Positions 30,251 to 40,678 of a DNA stretch of 64,000 bases are shown here, one piece after another; position 1 is the first letter of the stretch; every line of letters begins with the position of its first letter. Origin of the DNA: an uncultured bacterium (GTDB lineage Bacteria; Oederibacteriota; JAAXVQ01; JAUVAV01); NCBI GenBank assembly GCA_963710755.1, contig CAVQBK010000003.1, positions 32,001 through 96,000 on the forward strand, read 5' to 3'. The translations under genes were made by a program, and so were the position numbers. The notes under the pieces are model-generated. The model was not told where the DNA came from. It was given only the letters and a program-made list of their open reading frames with translations, and ran no database searches.

Positions 30251-31486
30251 ATGACCGTCATCTATGATCTTATCATCGTTGGCGCCGGAGCCAGTGGACT
30301 CTATGCCGGCGTACACGCCCAGCATCTGGGATTAAACACCCTGTTACTGGAAAAGATGGAGGAGCCCGGCAAGAAATTGCTTCTTGCCGGAAGCGGTCAA
30401 TGTAACCTCACCAACGATCGCCCTATCCGGGAATTTTTAACCTGCTATGGAGACCATAGCCGCTTTTTAAAGCCCGCCTTGCTGAGCCATACCAATAGTG
30501 AGACTATGGCTTTTTTTGAATCGCTGGGCCTTAAGCTGGTGACCATGCCTGCTACGGGTAAGGTTTTTCCTACATCCAGAAAAGCGCGCGATCTCAGAGA
30601 CGCCTTGGTCCAGTACTTGCCCGCGGACAGCCTCCATTGTCGCGAGAAAGTCATCCGTTTGGCCACTCACCAGGAAGGCATGGAGGTTATTACTGACCAA
30701 GGTCATTATCTTGCCCGCTCCGTGCTTTTGGCTACCGGCGGCCAAAGCTTTCCGCAAACCGGATCCACTGGTGACGGTTACGGCTTGGCTCAACGTCTGG
30801 GTCATCACCTTGTGCAGCCCCGGCCGGGACTGTCGCCTATAGTCATACGTCCATTTTTATTTTCCCAGTTGGCCGGCACTTCTTTTGAAGCTATCAGTGT
30901 CAGCCTCTATCACGAAGGTCGAAAAATCAAAACCTTAACCGGACCCATGCTCTTTACCCACACCGGGCTGTCCGGTCCTGTTATTCTCCATCTCAGCCGC
31001 TGGGCCAGCCCTGGTGATGAGGTGGTACTTCATTTCCTGGCACCTCATCATCGCCAAGCCCTGCGTGACCACTGGCTTCATGACCTGGAGCACGCACCGC
31101 AAAAAAAAATCCGTGCCTTGATGAAAGCAGTGCCTGTGTCCAAAGCCTTGCGAGAAAGTCTCATGGATCATCTGCTGTCCAGACCGTTATCGTCTTTGGC
31201 GGAATTGGGCCGCAAAGGGGTCAATATCTTGGTGGACCATCTAGGTGGGTTCAGACTCTCTATCGCTGAAATAGGCGGGTTTAACATTGCCATGGTTACG
31301 GCAGGAGGCGTAACGCTTGATGAAGTTGATTCTAAGACCATGTGTTCGAAAATTTGTCCTGCCCTGTTTTTTTCAGGGGAAGTTTTGGATATTGACGGCG
31401 ACACTGGTGGTTATGATCTTCAGGCTTGCTGGTCAACCGCCTATTTGGCCATTCAGTCTATTGTCCAGACTATAGATCCAAAATAA
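30251..31486 (+). CDS. HI0933/YhiN family flavoprotein
   Basis: GAGASG, GKKLL.AG.G.CNLTN, LATGG.S.P.TGS.GDGY, LFTH.GLSGP, VTAGGV, GEVLDIDGDTGGY.LQ. Confidence 0.93.
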   Translation: MTVIYDLIIVGAGASGLYAGVHAQHLGLNTLLLEKMEEPGKKLLLAGSGQCNLTNDRPIREFLTCYGDHSRFLKPALLSHTNSETMAFFESLGLKLVTMPATGKVFPTSRKARDLRDALVQYLPADSLHCREKVIRLATHQEGMEVITDQGHYLARSVLLATGGQSFPQTGSTGDGYGLAQRLGHHLVQPRPGLSPIVIRPFLFSQLAGTSFEAISVSLYHEGRKIKTLTGPMLFTHTGLSGPVILHLSRWASPGDEVVLHFLAPHHRQALRDHWLHDLEHAPQKKIRALMKAVPVSKALRESLMDHLLSRPLSSLAELGRKGVNILVDHLGGFRLSIAEIGGFNIAMVTAGGVTLDEVDSKTMCSKICPALFFSGEVLDIDGDTGGYDLQACWSTAYLAIQSIVQTIDPK

Positions 31487-32287
31487 GCTTCTCTTTTTAC
31501 CACAATGCTATTTAGTAAAATAATTTAAAAACAAAAACTATATGAAATTTAATTTCTTTAATTTAAATATATTTATTAATATTTTTTTTTATTCCCTTTC
31601 AGCATAATCATTTAATTCATTTAAACCATTTTGGCCAACCTTTATCCGGTCTTTGATTGCTCTCGACGGAATTCTGCTTGTACTCTTGGCAACCGGCCTG
31701 AACATGACGGTTTTGGCATTCTTGAATGGCCTGCTTGCAATGCTATGCTTTGAACTATAAAAAATCATCGCCATTGCTGGTAAGCAGACACACCGCAAGG
31801 GCTTAAAATCAGGTTAATTTAATAACATGGCGATTATCCTTATATTTAAATTACTTTCGAATGGTGACACACTAAGTATTAAAATGTAGCCCACCATGTT
31901 ACTGTTCGTTTCCTAAAAAAGTAGTTTAAAACTTTAATGTTTCCCCTTATGGCATAAACTTAATTCAGTAATTCTTTTTTCATCAATTTTACAGCACTTG
32001 GTCACTACATTTTTTAAAAAATGGATTTAAAGGTTGTCTCTAAAATGGAGAGATCTCATTTTTGATATCGCCTCAGACGCGGCTAGATAGAATTTGGACA
32101 CTGTCAGCAGCCTTGGGAAAGACCTTTATAGCCATAGGTATAAAAAAGCCAAGTGCCTTCCAGAACACTTGGTAGCCGAATCTTGGTCCATTTAAATGGA
32201 ACCCTATGGCCGTCAATTAACACTATTGGTTAACACAACCCTTTGGCATCACTGAGAAAGAGAACTTCACCCTCACGGAGTGCTGTC

Positions 32288-32839
32288 ATGATTTCATCTG
32301 ATCGGCTTGGCGTTGTAGTCGTGCTCTTAACTCTGCTGCTGGGCAACCAGGTTTATGCAATAAATGCTTCCTGTCCGGCTGTGGCCAATGGATTTGCTTC
32401 CACCAATGATCTTACCATCGAACCCGGCCATGGCCTGCCATCTTCAGCACAACCCTTTGAGCACAGCCAATTCCACGGCTGTCATTTCCAAGCAGAAGTT
32501 CATTACCGTCTGGATAAAAACAGCGGCCAAGCAGTGCCCATCCAAGTGATTATCAACAAACATAGCGGACCCAAGCACCTGCGCCATCAAATCGTGTTTG
32601 TTTTCGCCACCACCACTGATGATCGTCCTCCCTTCAGCCATGGTCTGAACGCCGACGGTTGGTTTAATGGTCAAAAGGCCAGATTGACCGTCCAGTTTAA
32701 TCGCGACGGCACCTTGCGCCGATTAATTCAACACAACTGGAACACTTCCTCCGGCCAGCGTTATATTATTTTCAATTGCTTTGAAGTTCAGTTACCCGAT
32801 CAAACGGTATACCACAGCCAGATCGTCCGTCTTCCCTAA
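32288..32839 (+). CDS. Hypothetical secreted protein
   Basis: GGAG RBS, signal-peptide-like N-terminus, 3 Cys; no known motif. Confidence 0.55.
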   Translation: MISSDRLGVVVVLLTLLLGNQVYAINASCPAVANGFASTNDLTIEPGHGLPSSAQPFEHSQFHGCHFQAEVHYRLDKNSGQAVPIQVIINKHSGPKHLRHQIVFVFATTTDDRPPFSHGLNADGWFNGQKARLTVQFNRDGTLRRLIQHNWNTSSGQRYIIFNCFEVQLPDQTVYHSQIVRLP

Positions 32840-32942
32840 CAGCACCGCTAGCCGCTTCCGCGCCTATTCTTTCCTGCCGGCTTGTTTTCCCTTTCCGGCT
32901 ATGATAGTCTAGCCTCATCATTGGCACAGAAAGGATTATCAC

Positions 32943-34721
32943 ATGACCACAACAGGCGCTGAAGCCATACGCTGGGACTTATCGGAACTCTATACTGATC
33001 CGGAAGACCCTAAACTGCAGGCTATATTAACTTCAGCTGAAACTCAAAGTCAAACCTTCGAAGCAACTTATAAAGGCAAGGTTAAAGAGCTGACCGCAGA
33101 GCAACTGCGCCAAGCTTTTTCCGAATTAGAAGCTCTGTTGACCGGGCTGTATAAAGCCGAGCAATTCGCCTCACTGCTCTTTGCCGTGGATACAGGCAAT
33201 GACAAGTTAAAAGCCTTTGAAGCCAAAGTGAATGAACGGTTGGCCAAGATCGGCAACCAGCTGGTGTTCTTTGACCTTGAATTGGGCCAGCTGTCGCAGG
33301 AGCAAGCTCAAACCTATGCTGATAATCCCCGGCTGTCAGAGTTGGCCTATTATCTGAAACGCAAGGTGGAAACGGCGCGCTACGATCTCTCCGAAAAAGA
33401 AGAGCGCCTCAACAACCTCAAAGATCTCACCGGCAGCCAGGCTTTTTACACCCTTTACGAACAGCTGGTTTCTTCCTTCCGTTTTGACTTTGAAGTGGAC
33501 GGTGAAAAAAAGGTGCTCAATGGTGACGAACTGCGGGCCCTGCGCCAGCATGCGGATCCCAGGGTGCGCCGCGAGGCCATGCACCTGTTTCTGTCGCGCT
33601 ATGCCGAGCACCAGCTGGTCATTGGCAATTGTTTTAATGCCATCGTGAAAAGTTACGCCCTAGAAGGGGAATTGCGCGGCTACGCCACGCCCATCAGCCG
33701 CCGCAATGTGGGCAACGACCTCAGTGATGAGTCAGTCCGTGTCTTGCATGAGGCCACGGTCAGCTCCTACCCCCTGGTACAGCGCTACTATGAGCTCAAG
33801 AAGAAGCTCATGGCCATGCCGGACATGACCTTGGCTGATATTTACGCACCTCTGCCTCAGGCCGATAAACGCTACACCTGGGAGGAAGCCAAAGCGTTGG
33901 TGCTGACTGCTTTCCATGGGTTTGACGAGGATTTCCACAGCAAAGCCCTGCGCATGTTTGAACGCCGCCGTATTGACGCACCCGTAGAACCGTCCAAACG
34001 GGGCGGGGCTTTTTGTTCCTCGTCCGTACCCGGCCTTGATCCTTATGTGCTGCTCAATTTCACGGGCCGTCTGCGGGACGTGGCCACGCTGGCTCATGAA
34101 CTGGGGCACGCCATTCACGCCATGGTCAGCCAGGGTCAAAATCTTTTCAACTATCACGCCATTTTGCCTTTGGCGGAGACCGCCTCTATTTTCTCTGAAA
34201 TGGTGCTTACTGATTACCTGCTCAAAACCGAACAGGACCCCAAAGTACGCTTGTCCCTGCTCACCAATAAATTGGAGGATATTTTTGCCTCCTCCCACCG
34301 GCAGAACATGTTCTCCCAATTTGAGTTGCAAGCCCATGGCGCCATTGGCCGCGAATTAATGAGCCCCGAAGGGCTATGCGACCTTTACGCCGCGGAACTG
34401 CAGCGTATGTTCGGCAACAGTGTGATCATGCCCGACGAATACCGCTGGGAATGGTCGGCCATTCCCCATCTGTTTGCTTATCCTTTTTACGTCTATGCTT
34501 ATAATTTCGCCAATCTGCTGGTCTTGGCCTTGTATCAGCAGTACCGCGAACAGGGTGCGGCTTTTGTACCCCGTTTCCGGCAATTGCTGGAACTGGGCTC
34601 TTCCACTAATCCGGCCAGTATCACGGCGGTGGTGGGCGCGGACATTCATCAGCGCGCGTTCTGGGAGAAAAGCCTCAAGGTGATTGAAGGGTATATTGAG
34701 GAACTGGAGAAATTAATCTAG
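32943..34721 (+). CDS. pepF: M3B oligoendopeptidase F
   Basis: WDLS.LY, KRGGAFC, TLAHELGHAIH, LAETASIFSE, W..IPH...FYVYAY. Confidence 0.92.
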   Translation: MTTTGAEAIRWDLSELYTDPEDPKLQAILTSAETQSQTFEATYKGKVKELTAEQLRQAFSELEALLTGLYKAEQFASLLFAVDTGNDKLKAFEAKVNERLAKIGNQLVFFDLELGQLSQEQAQTYADNPRLSELAYYLKRKVETARYDLSEKEERLNNLKDLTGSQAFYTLYEQLVSSFRFDFEVDGEKKVLNGDELRALRQHADPRVRREAMHLFLSRYAEHQLVIGNCFNAIVKSYALEGELRGYATPISRRNVGNDLSDESVRVLHEATVSSYPLVQRYYELKKKLMAMPDMTLADIYAPLPQADKRYTWEEAKALVLTAFHGFDEDFHSKALRMFERRRIDAPVEPSKRGGAFCSSSVPGLDPYVLLNFTGRLRDVATLAHELGHAIHAMVSQGQNLFNYHAILPLAETASIFSEMVLTDYLLKTEQDPKVRLSLLTNKLEDIFASSHRQNMFSQFELQAHGAIGRELMSPEGLCDLYAAELQRMFGNSVIMPDEYRWEWSAIPHLFAYPFYVYAYNFANLLVLALYQQYREQGAAFVPRFRQLLELGSSTNPASITAVVGADIHQRAFWEKSLKVIEGYIEELEKLI

Positions 34722-34732
34722 GTTAAACGGGG

Positions 34733-34930
34733 CTTGGTCAGCACCTAGGACGCGCGGATGCCATTGTCGTAAATATCGTCCCAATGGGAGGCGTGTTTTA
34801 CCTCGGCCTTGGTGCCTGCCAAAAAGGTTTCCTGTCCTTGCTTGGCCACTGTGGCCGCATACAAGGCAGTAAGGTATCAACGTCATCGCTTATCTGGGCA
34901 CTTTGGTCATGAGTTGCAGAGCCCGCCAGG
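34733..34930 (-). pseudogene. Degraded, internally deleted copy of the 3' part of the 39132-39965 methyltransferase
   Basis: 34733-34805 matches 39137-39210 and 34809-34930 matches 39448-39570 (identical TTGGTGCCTGCCAAAAA and CTTGGCCACTGTGGCCGCATA); TAC-to-TAG stop and indels. Confidence 0.8.
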
Positions 34931-35187
34931 AGAATACATGGCTGGCACTTATTCCCATAGTCGTCATTCCGGCATGCTCTTAGCCGGAATCCATTTAAAC
35001 TTTTAACTAGCTGCTAAATTCCTGATTGAGTACGGGATGACAAACAAATGGTGATCGACGATAGTGCACAATTTAGCAAGTTGTGGTCGTGGAAAACCAC
35101 CTTACAAACGCTTGCATCATAACAGCCTATCTCTTCCCCATAATTGCGACCGGCCAATAGCGTCGAAAGCCACCATGGCCTTCATCA

Positions 35188-38073
35188 CTATTTGATCAAC
35201 GCTATCTTCTTAATCACCCTTTCACTTTTACCATACTCGTCTTTGGCTTTCACCAAGAACAGATAAACCCCGTTGGCCAGATTGCCCATATAGACTTGTT
35301 TGTGATGAAACCCAGCTGTGGGACACTCGAGGTTAAAGGTCATGACCTTTTGATGCGAAGTGGTATAGACTTGGACTTCCAGCGTACAAGCTGCCTTGAC
35401 GTAAACTGTAAAGTTGGCATTGTTGCCTCTCACTGGATTGGGAGCGGTATAGACAAACTTTTTACTGATTAATTGACCGTCAAAACCTTCAAGATTGATC
35501 GGGGTAGGGGTAACGGTGGCTGTTGGGGTGGGGGTTGGTGTGGGTGCTACCTGATCCAAGGTTTGAATTTCGTAAATATTATTCTGGTCGTCCAGTAAAT
35601 AAACTTCATTTTGATAATCATTATCACCATCGCCAATAGCCTCGGAGATAATATTGGATTGGGTATCAGCTATTTTATCAGCGTGCCAGGAGCTGTTCTC
35701 ATACTTGATTTTATAAACAGCGCCTTCCTGACTACCTGCGGTCAAATCATCCTTGCCATTATTGTCGCTGTCGCTTAACTTCATCACCGACAATCTTTCC
35801 GGGGCTTCGGCTATGGTGGTTTCGGTCCAACTGGAGATGGTTTTAGTATATTCATAAACCTGGCCGTTCTCATTAGCAGCGTAAACATCCACCTGCCCAT
35901 CCCCGTCGAGATCACCGACTGCAACGCTGACCATGGCGCTGGTTTTTGAACCAATTGAATTTATATCCCATGTTAGGCCGTTGAATGTGTATTGATATAT
36001 ATTCCCATTCGCATTGGCTGTATAGACTTCAAATTGCTGGTTATCGTCCGCATCGCCCCAAGCGATCGCTTTAACTTCCTGGGCGCCGGACGGCGTCCCC
36101 ATCATTTCCTTTTGCCATGAAGAAGTTGCCGTCTCTTTTGTGAATTGATAAAGCTCGCCTGAGCTGGTGCCCGCATAAATCTTTACCCATCCGTCATTGT
36201 TGCCATCACCGGCTTCCAGACAAATAATATCATCTGTAGCAGCCCCCATATCGGTCTTGTCCCAAGCAGGGCTTTTGAGAGCATATAAGTGATTGTTGAC
36301 TGACCCAGCAAAGACTTCTTTGGCATGGTCATGATCTCCATCCACCACGAAGCTGGCAACATAGTTTTCTCCTGAGCTTCCATTAGGTAGGGTGCTGCTT
36401 TGCCAGCCGTTCACTAGATAGTCTATTTTAGTCAGATAAAGATTGCGGTTGGCCACAATCAATTCATTTTCACCGTCATTATCGGCATCACCCACACTAA
36501 TCGAGCCCAGGGTTCCGCTTAATGCCGACGCACCAAGTGATTTCACTGGATTAATAGCCGAACCCAAGGGGGGGATACTCTTTTTAAGCACCAGCATCGC
36601 CTGGGTCAACTGTTCTGTTTGACTGCCGGCCGACATCTGCACGTTATAATATCCTGGTGCAGCACTACCGGCATTAACATCGACTTCTGCCAAATGTTCC
36701 GTGGTTTTGGCCATATTCAAAATAGGCAGGTCCACCGTATTTGCAAAAACACGAACTGTGAAGGGCTCAATAAAACTCATCCCCGTTAATTTCAATTTAA
36801 TGGTCTGACCGGTTGCCACATAGTTTGGGTAACTCGCGGTCAAAATGAACTGGTCATTATAAATGAGCAGTCTATTATTCAGCCTCTCGGTCGTGAATAG
36901 TTTTGAATTATAAACAAAAATACCGCTGATGCCAGCCATGGTGTTGGCATCTGCTGTTCCTCCTTGGTTGGCTGCACTACTAATCATATCCGGTTGACCA
37001 ATTACAATATCAGCAGCTGGATTATTCGCTGTTGGCAATTGATTATAGATAAGCGCCCGATTATTGCCCCCATCTGCTATAAACAACTTATTATTGCCGA
37101 CAAAAAATCTCTCTGGGCTGGATAATGAATGGCTGGTACAACTTCCTGTACCCATTCCCTGATTTATCCCTCCATGATTCATATCTACTTGTCCAACCAC
37201 CAAGTCGGCAGAAGCACCGTTGCTGGTGGGGACAGAGTTGAATATAAGAATCCTGTTATTAGTAGGGTCTGATAAAAATAGTTTGCTATTATATATTCTC
37301 ACGTCGCCTGGAGCTTTTATTGCGGAAGCAGAACATCCGCTGTCACTAGTAGTCATATCGGCTTGCCCAATCACAAAATCTGCCGATGAATTATTGTTGG
37401 TAGGAATATTGTTAAATATCAGGACTCGATTATTCATTGCATCGGCAATCAACAGTTTTGTCCCATCACTCCACACAGCTTTTGGATAATATAAGGTATT
37501 GTCTGCGGGATTTAGTTGTCCTTGGTTGGGCTGATTACTGTACATATCGGGCTGGCCAATCACAACGTCAGCACTAGCACCATTTGTGCTTGGTATCGAA
37601 TTATAGATAAGGACGCGATTATTTCTGAAGTCAGCAATAATCAGCTTATTATTGCTGGCCCAAATACCCTGGGCATTATAAAGCGTTGTCGGCGTTGGCC
37701 CGCCGCCTTGATTTTCCAATTTAGCCGTAAAATTAATCTGGCCTACCACCACATCGGCCGCCTGATAATTGGCGGATGGAATACTATTGTAGATCAGAAC
37801 GCGGTTGTTACTATGATCGGCAACAAATAGTTTGTTGCCGGCTAGAAAAGGTGCATAGGGATAGTCATATTTTTGCGACGTTGTTCCTGCGGCAATGGTT
37901 TGCATATCCGGTTGGCCCACCACAATATCGGCGGACTGATTATCGATAAATGCAGTTAGGCTTCTACTGATGCCAAGAAAAACTATTACGGTTACGGCAA
38001 CCTTAATGATGCTCTGCCGCCAAGAAAAGTGGCTTGAAATTATTTTAGCGTCTCCTGAGTTTAATCCCTGCAT
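35188..38073 (-). CDS. Secreted NHL-like + FG-GAP repeat protein with T9SS-type C-terminal domain
   Basis: About 6 repeats of ADxxNNRVLIYNSIP...ADxVxGQ; GDADNDG.NE-type FG-GAP repeats; Pro-Thr linker; APNP...NGVYLF...KKIALIK. Confidence 0.85.
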   Translation of the reverse strand: MQGLNSGDAKIISSHFSWRQSIIKVAVTVIVFLGISRSLTAFIDNQSADIVVGQPDMQTIAAGTTSQKYDYPYAPFLAGNKLFVADHSNNRVLIYNSIPSANYQAADVVVGQINFTAKLENQGGGPTPTTLYNAQGIWASNNKLIIADFRNNRVLIYNSIPSTNGASADVVIGQPDMYSNQPNQGQLNPADNTLYYPKAVWSDGTKLLIADAMNNRVLIFNNIPTNNNSSADFVIGQADMTTSDSGCSASAIKAPGDVRIYNSKLFLSDPTNNRILIFNSVPTSNGASADLVVGQVDMNHGGINQGMGTGSCTSHSLSSPERFFVGNNKLFIADGGNNRALIYNQLPTANNPAADIVIGQPDMISSAANQGGTADANTMAGISGIFVYNSKLFTTERLNNRLLIYNDQFILTASYPNYVATGQTIKLKLTGMSFIEPFTVRVFANTVDLPILNMAKTTEHLAEVDVNAGSAAPGYYNVQMSAGSQTEQLTQAMLVLKKSIPPLGSAINPVKSLGASALSGTLGSISVGDADNDGENELIVANRNLYLTKIDYLVNGWQSSTLPNGSSGENYVASFVVDGDHDHAKEVFAGSVNNHLYALKSPAWDKTDMGAATDDIICLEAGDGNNDGWVKIYAGTSSGELYQFTKETATSSWQKEMMGTPSGAQEVKAIAWGDADDNQQFEVYTANANGNIYQYTFNGLTWDINSIGSKTSAMVSVAVGDLDGDGQVDVYAANENGQVYEYTKTISSWTETTIAEAPERLSVMKLSDSDNNGKDDLTAGSQEGAVYKIKYENSSWHADKIADTQSNIISEAIGDGDNDYQNEVYLLDDQNNIYEIQTLDQVAPTPTPTPTATVTPTPINLEGFDGQLISKKFVYTAPNPVRGNNANFTVYVKAACTLEVQVYTTSHQKVMTFNLECPTAGFHHKQVYMGNLANGVYLFLVKAKDEYGKSERVIKKIALIK

Positions 38074-38090
38074 AAATATGCCCCCCAAAA

Positions 38091-38897
38091 CTATTTTTTC
38101 TCTCCAAAAAAAGTACGTTTTAATTTTTCTTTCACCTTCTGCATAAAAGGTCTTCTTAATTTGACCATGTAACTGTCTTTAACATCCAGCAACACACAAG
38201 GTTGGTTTACTGTTGCTACGGCGGCTTCCTGGTCGGAGCATAGTGCGAGCATCAAAGTGGGTTGTAAGGCTTCTTGGGTAAGTGACAACCTGTTCTTTTC
38301 ACCCGAAACGACCCTGCATTCTTTTATAGGTACAACCCCGTCTTTTCGGAAGATATAAGACATAAAATAGCTTTTCTGTCCAAACAAGGACAAGTAATTA
38401 AAATAACCTTTAATAAAATCAACAAATTCATTTTCGGTAAATTCCCTTTTATGGAAAGGATTTCCGCCGTAATTATTCCGGTCAGGTGTTGATACTATAA
38501 AAACGCCTTCTGGCTTTAATAGTCGTTTAACTTCATTTAAAAAAACAACTTGTTGCTGCTCACCAATATGTTCCAAGGTTTCAAAGGAGACAATCAGATC
38601 AAAGCTATTATTCTCTGCGAGTGGAATTTGGGTGGCTGAACCAGCCAAATAGCGAATATTGGGCTTTTTATATCGCGATTTTGCCTCGTTAATAGTCTCT
38701 TCGTCCAAATCAACGCCAATAACTTCCCTGGCAGCATCGGCCATAATGTTGCTGCCATAACCTTCGCCGCAGGCAATATCAAGTACTTTTTTATCTTTTG
38801 CCATATCAAGAATCCAATAATAGCGGTGCCAATGTTCATAATCCACATAGCGTTCTGAAGGTAAATAGCGTTCTTCCGTAATCTTGATTTTTTTCAT
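38091..38897 (-). CDS. Class I SAM methyltransferase (type seen in glycan loci)
   Basis: ERY.P...EHWHRY, VLDIACGEGYG, FD.IVSFET.EH, VSTPD, NPFH..E. Confidence 0.88.
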   Translation of the reverse strand: MKKIKITEERYLPSERYVDYEHWHRYYWILDMAKDKKVLDIACGEGYGSNIMADAAREVIGVDLDEETINEAKSRYKKPNIRYLAGSATQIPLAENNSFDLIVSFETLEHIGEQQQVVFLNEVKRLLKPEGVFIVSTPDRNNYGGNPFHKREFTENEFVDFIKGYFNYLSLFGQKSYFMSYIFRKDGVVPIKECRVVSGEKNRLSLTQEALQPTLMLALCSDQEAAVATVNQPCVLLDVKDSYMVKLRRPFMQKVKEKLKRTFFGEKK

Positions 38898-39131
38898 ATA
38901 ACCTCCCTAAAATCCCTTGGGCCAGCGCATTTTTTCTATCAGCCACTTGAAGCCAAACCAACTATCCCAATTTCAACTAAAATCGATAAATTTTAACTCA
39001 CAATATTTGCTTATGCAAAATATCTTTACTCTTTTGTGTTGGAGGAACAAAAGCGTGGATGGCACCTAATTCGAAGTAATTATATAAGAGGGCCATCTCT
39101 ACTTTAAATGTGAATGTCTTGGGCACAGAAC

Positions 39132-39965
39132 CTAAGCCTTGCTCAGCACGTAGGCCACGCGGATGCCATTGCCATAGACATCAGCCCAATGGGACGTGCG
39201 CTTCACGCTGACTTCGCCAAAAGCCTGCCAGGTGGGCACCTGAGGCCGGCAGTAGGCCTTCCACGAGAGCCGGTGGCTGCGCAGATTTAATATCCTGAAA
39301 AACTGTTCCAAAGCCGGTATTGTAGGCAACGCCAGCTGGCTTAAATCCTCGCCCTTGGCATTTTGCGTGGCCGGAGGCAAATGATAATCTTTTTTCTGCG
39401 ACCGGGTAAGAGGATAGTAAACCAGAGGCAGTTGAAAGCTGGCCGGGTTGGTGCCTGCCAAAAACGCTTCCCTATCCTTGGCCACTGTGGCCGCATAGTA
39501 CACGGTAAAGGTATCGAGGATAATGGCCTTTCTGGCCACCTTGGCCATGAGCTGCAAAGCCCGCAAGGGATCAGGCAGGTAGTAAAAGAGACCCAGGCAC
39601 AGCACGGTATCCACGCTGTCCGGCGCCATGATCTCCAAAGCTGCCAGCGCCTCCTGAACTTCAAAAGCATAGGCAGATGACGGCACCTGGTAATGGTCGA
39701 ACAAACGATTGGCTTGTTCAATCAGACCGGCCTCGCTGTCCAACCCCAGCACCCGCTGGGCGCCATGATGCCAGGCCGCATAGGCAAAGGTGCCAAAGTG
39801 GCAGCCCAGATCGAGGACAACCTGCCCGCGTATCCACGGCGCTTGGGCAATGATCAACTGTTCCACCCGGCTGTTGAGCGCTTCATAATGATAGGGCACG
39901 GCCCACCGTTTTTGCCGTTGGTCTTCCTGGACAAACAAGGAATTCTTTGTAAAGGTTTCGATCAT
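39132..39965 (-). CDS. Class I SAM-dependent transferase, CmoB-like core
   Basis: VLDLGCHFG..A...GA..VLGLD, DTVLCLGLFYY..DP...L, ILDT; ATGA-coupled to the CmoA-like gene. Confidence 0.7.
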   Translation of the reverse strand: MIETFTKNSLFVQEDQRQKRWAVPYHYEALNSRVEQLIIAQAPWIRGQVVLDLGCHFGTFAYAAWHHGAQRVLGLDSEAGLIEQANRLFDHYQVPSSAYAFEVQEALAALEIMAPDSVDTVLCLGLFYYLPDPLRALQLMAKVARKAIILDTFTVYYAATVAKDREAFLAGTNPASFQLPLVYYPLTRSQKKDYHLPPATQNAKGEDLSQLALPTIPALEQFFRILNLRSHRLSWKAYCRPQVPTWQAFGEVSVKRTSHWADVYGNGIRVAYVLSKA

Positions 39966-40678
39966 TTGAAAACCACCCAGGTCGTAAAATTCATGAATTT
40001 AAAGACCGGATGCCAGGCCCTAAACCGGGCCTTAGAAAAAAGTGCTTCCATCTGGGTCACAGTAAAGGGAATCAGGATCGATTTGAGAGCTAGTTCTTTT
40101 TGTTCGATTTCCAGAGTGCTGTAGCCTTGCCGCGCTTTGAAACGGTAATAATGATCGGTCATGAGCGCATTGAGCCGGGAATCGTCACTGCCGGTCTTCT
40201 CCGACACAATCAATATCCCCTTGGGCACCAAGGCTGCGGCCATGCGCTCCAGCAGGCCGGGCCGTTGGTCCGGGTCTACAAATTGCAGGACATAGGCTGC
40301 GTTGATCACCGAAGCTTCGCTCAAAGGCGTGTCTTCAACGCCCTGCGCCAGCCAGTGTACAGACTTCAGATGACGGCATTTTTGTTGGGCCAGTCGGATC
40401 ATGTGGGGCGACTTGTCCACTGCCACCAGCTCGTACGGTTGCTGCAGGGCCTGGTCCATAGCCAGGACCGTGGTGCCGGTGGAGCAGCCCAAGTCATAAA
40501 TGCGCGTGTTGTCCTGGTAATAGCATGCCGTTGCTGCCGCCACAAAAGCCTGCAATTCGTGATAAAAGGGAATGGACCGGCTCGCCATGTCGTCAAAAAC
40601 CTCGGCCGTGGCCTGATCAAAAGTAAAGGGCGGCACAACACTTAATTTTTTACGATACAGCTCATCTGAAGGTGCCAT
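39962..40678 (-). CDS. CmoA-like (carboxy-SAM synthase family) protein with substituted active site
   Basis: FTFD...AEVFDDM..RSIPFY, YDLGCSTG, LQF, SEK, FK..QGYS.LEI.QK, FKFMNF. Confidence 0.8.
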   Translation of the reverse strand: MAPSDELYRKKLSVVPPFTFDQATAEVFDDMASRSIPFYHELQAFVAAATACYYQDNTRIYDLGCSTGTTVLAMDQALQQPYELVAVDKSPHMIRLAQQKCRHLKSVHWLAQGVEDTPLSEASVINAAYVLQFVDPDQRPGLLERMAAALVPKGILIVSEKTGSDDSRLNALMTDHYYRFKARQGYSTLEIEQKELALKSILIPFTVTQMEALFSKARFRAWHPVFKFMNFTTWVVFK

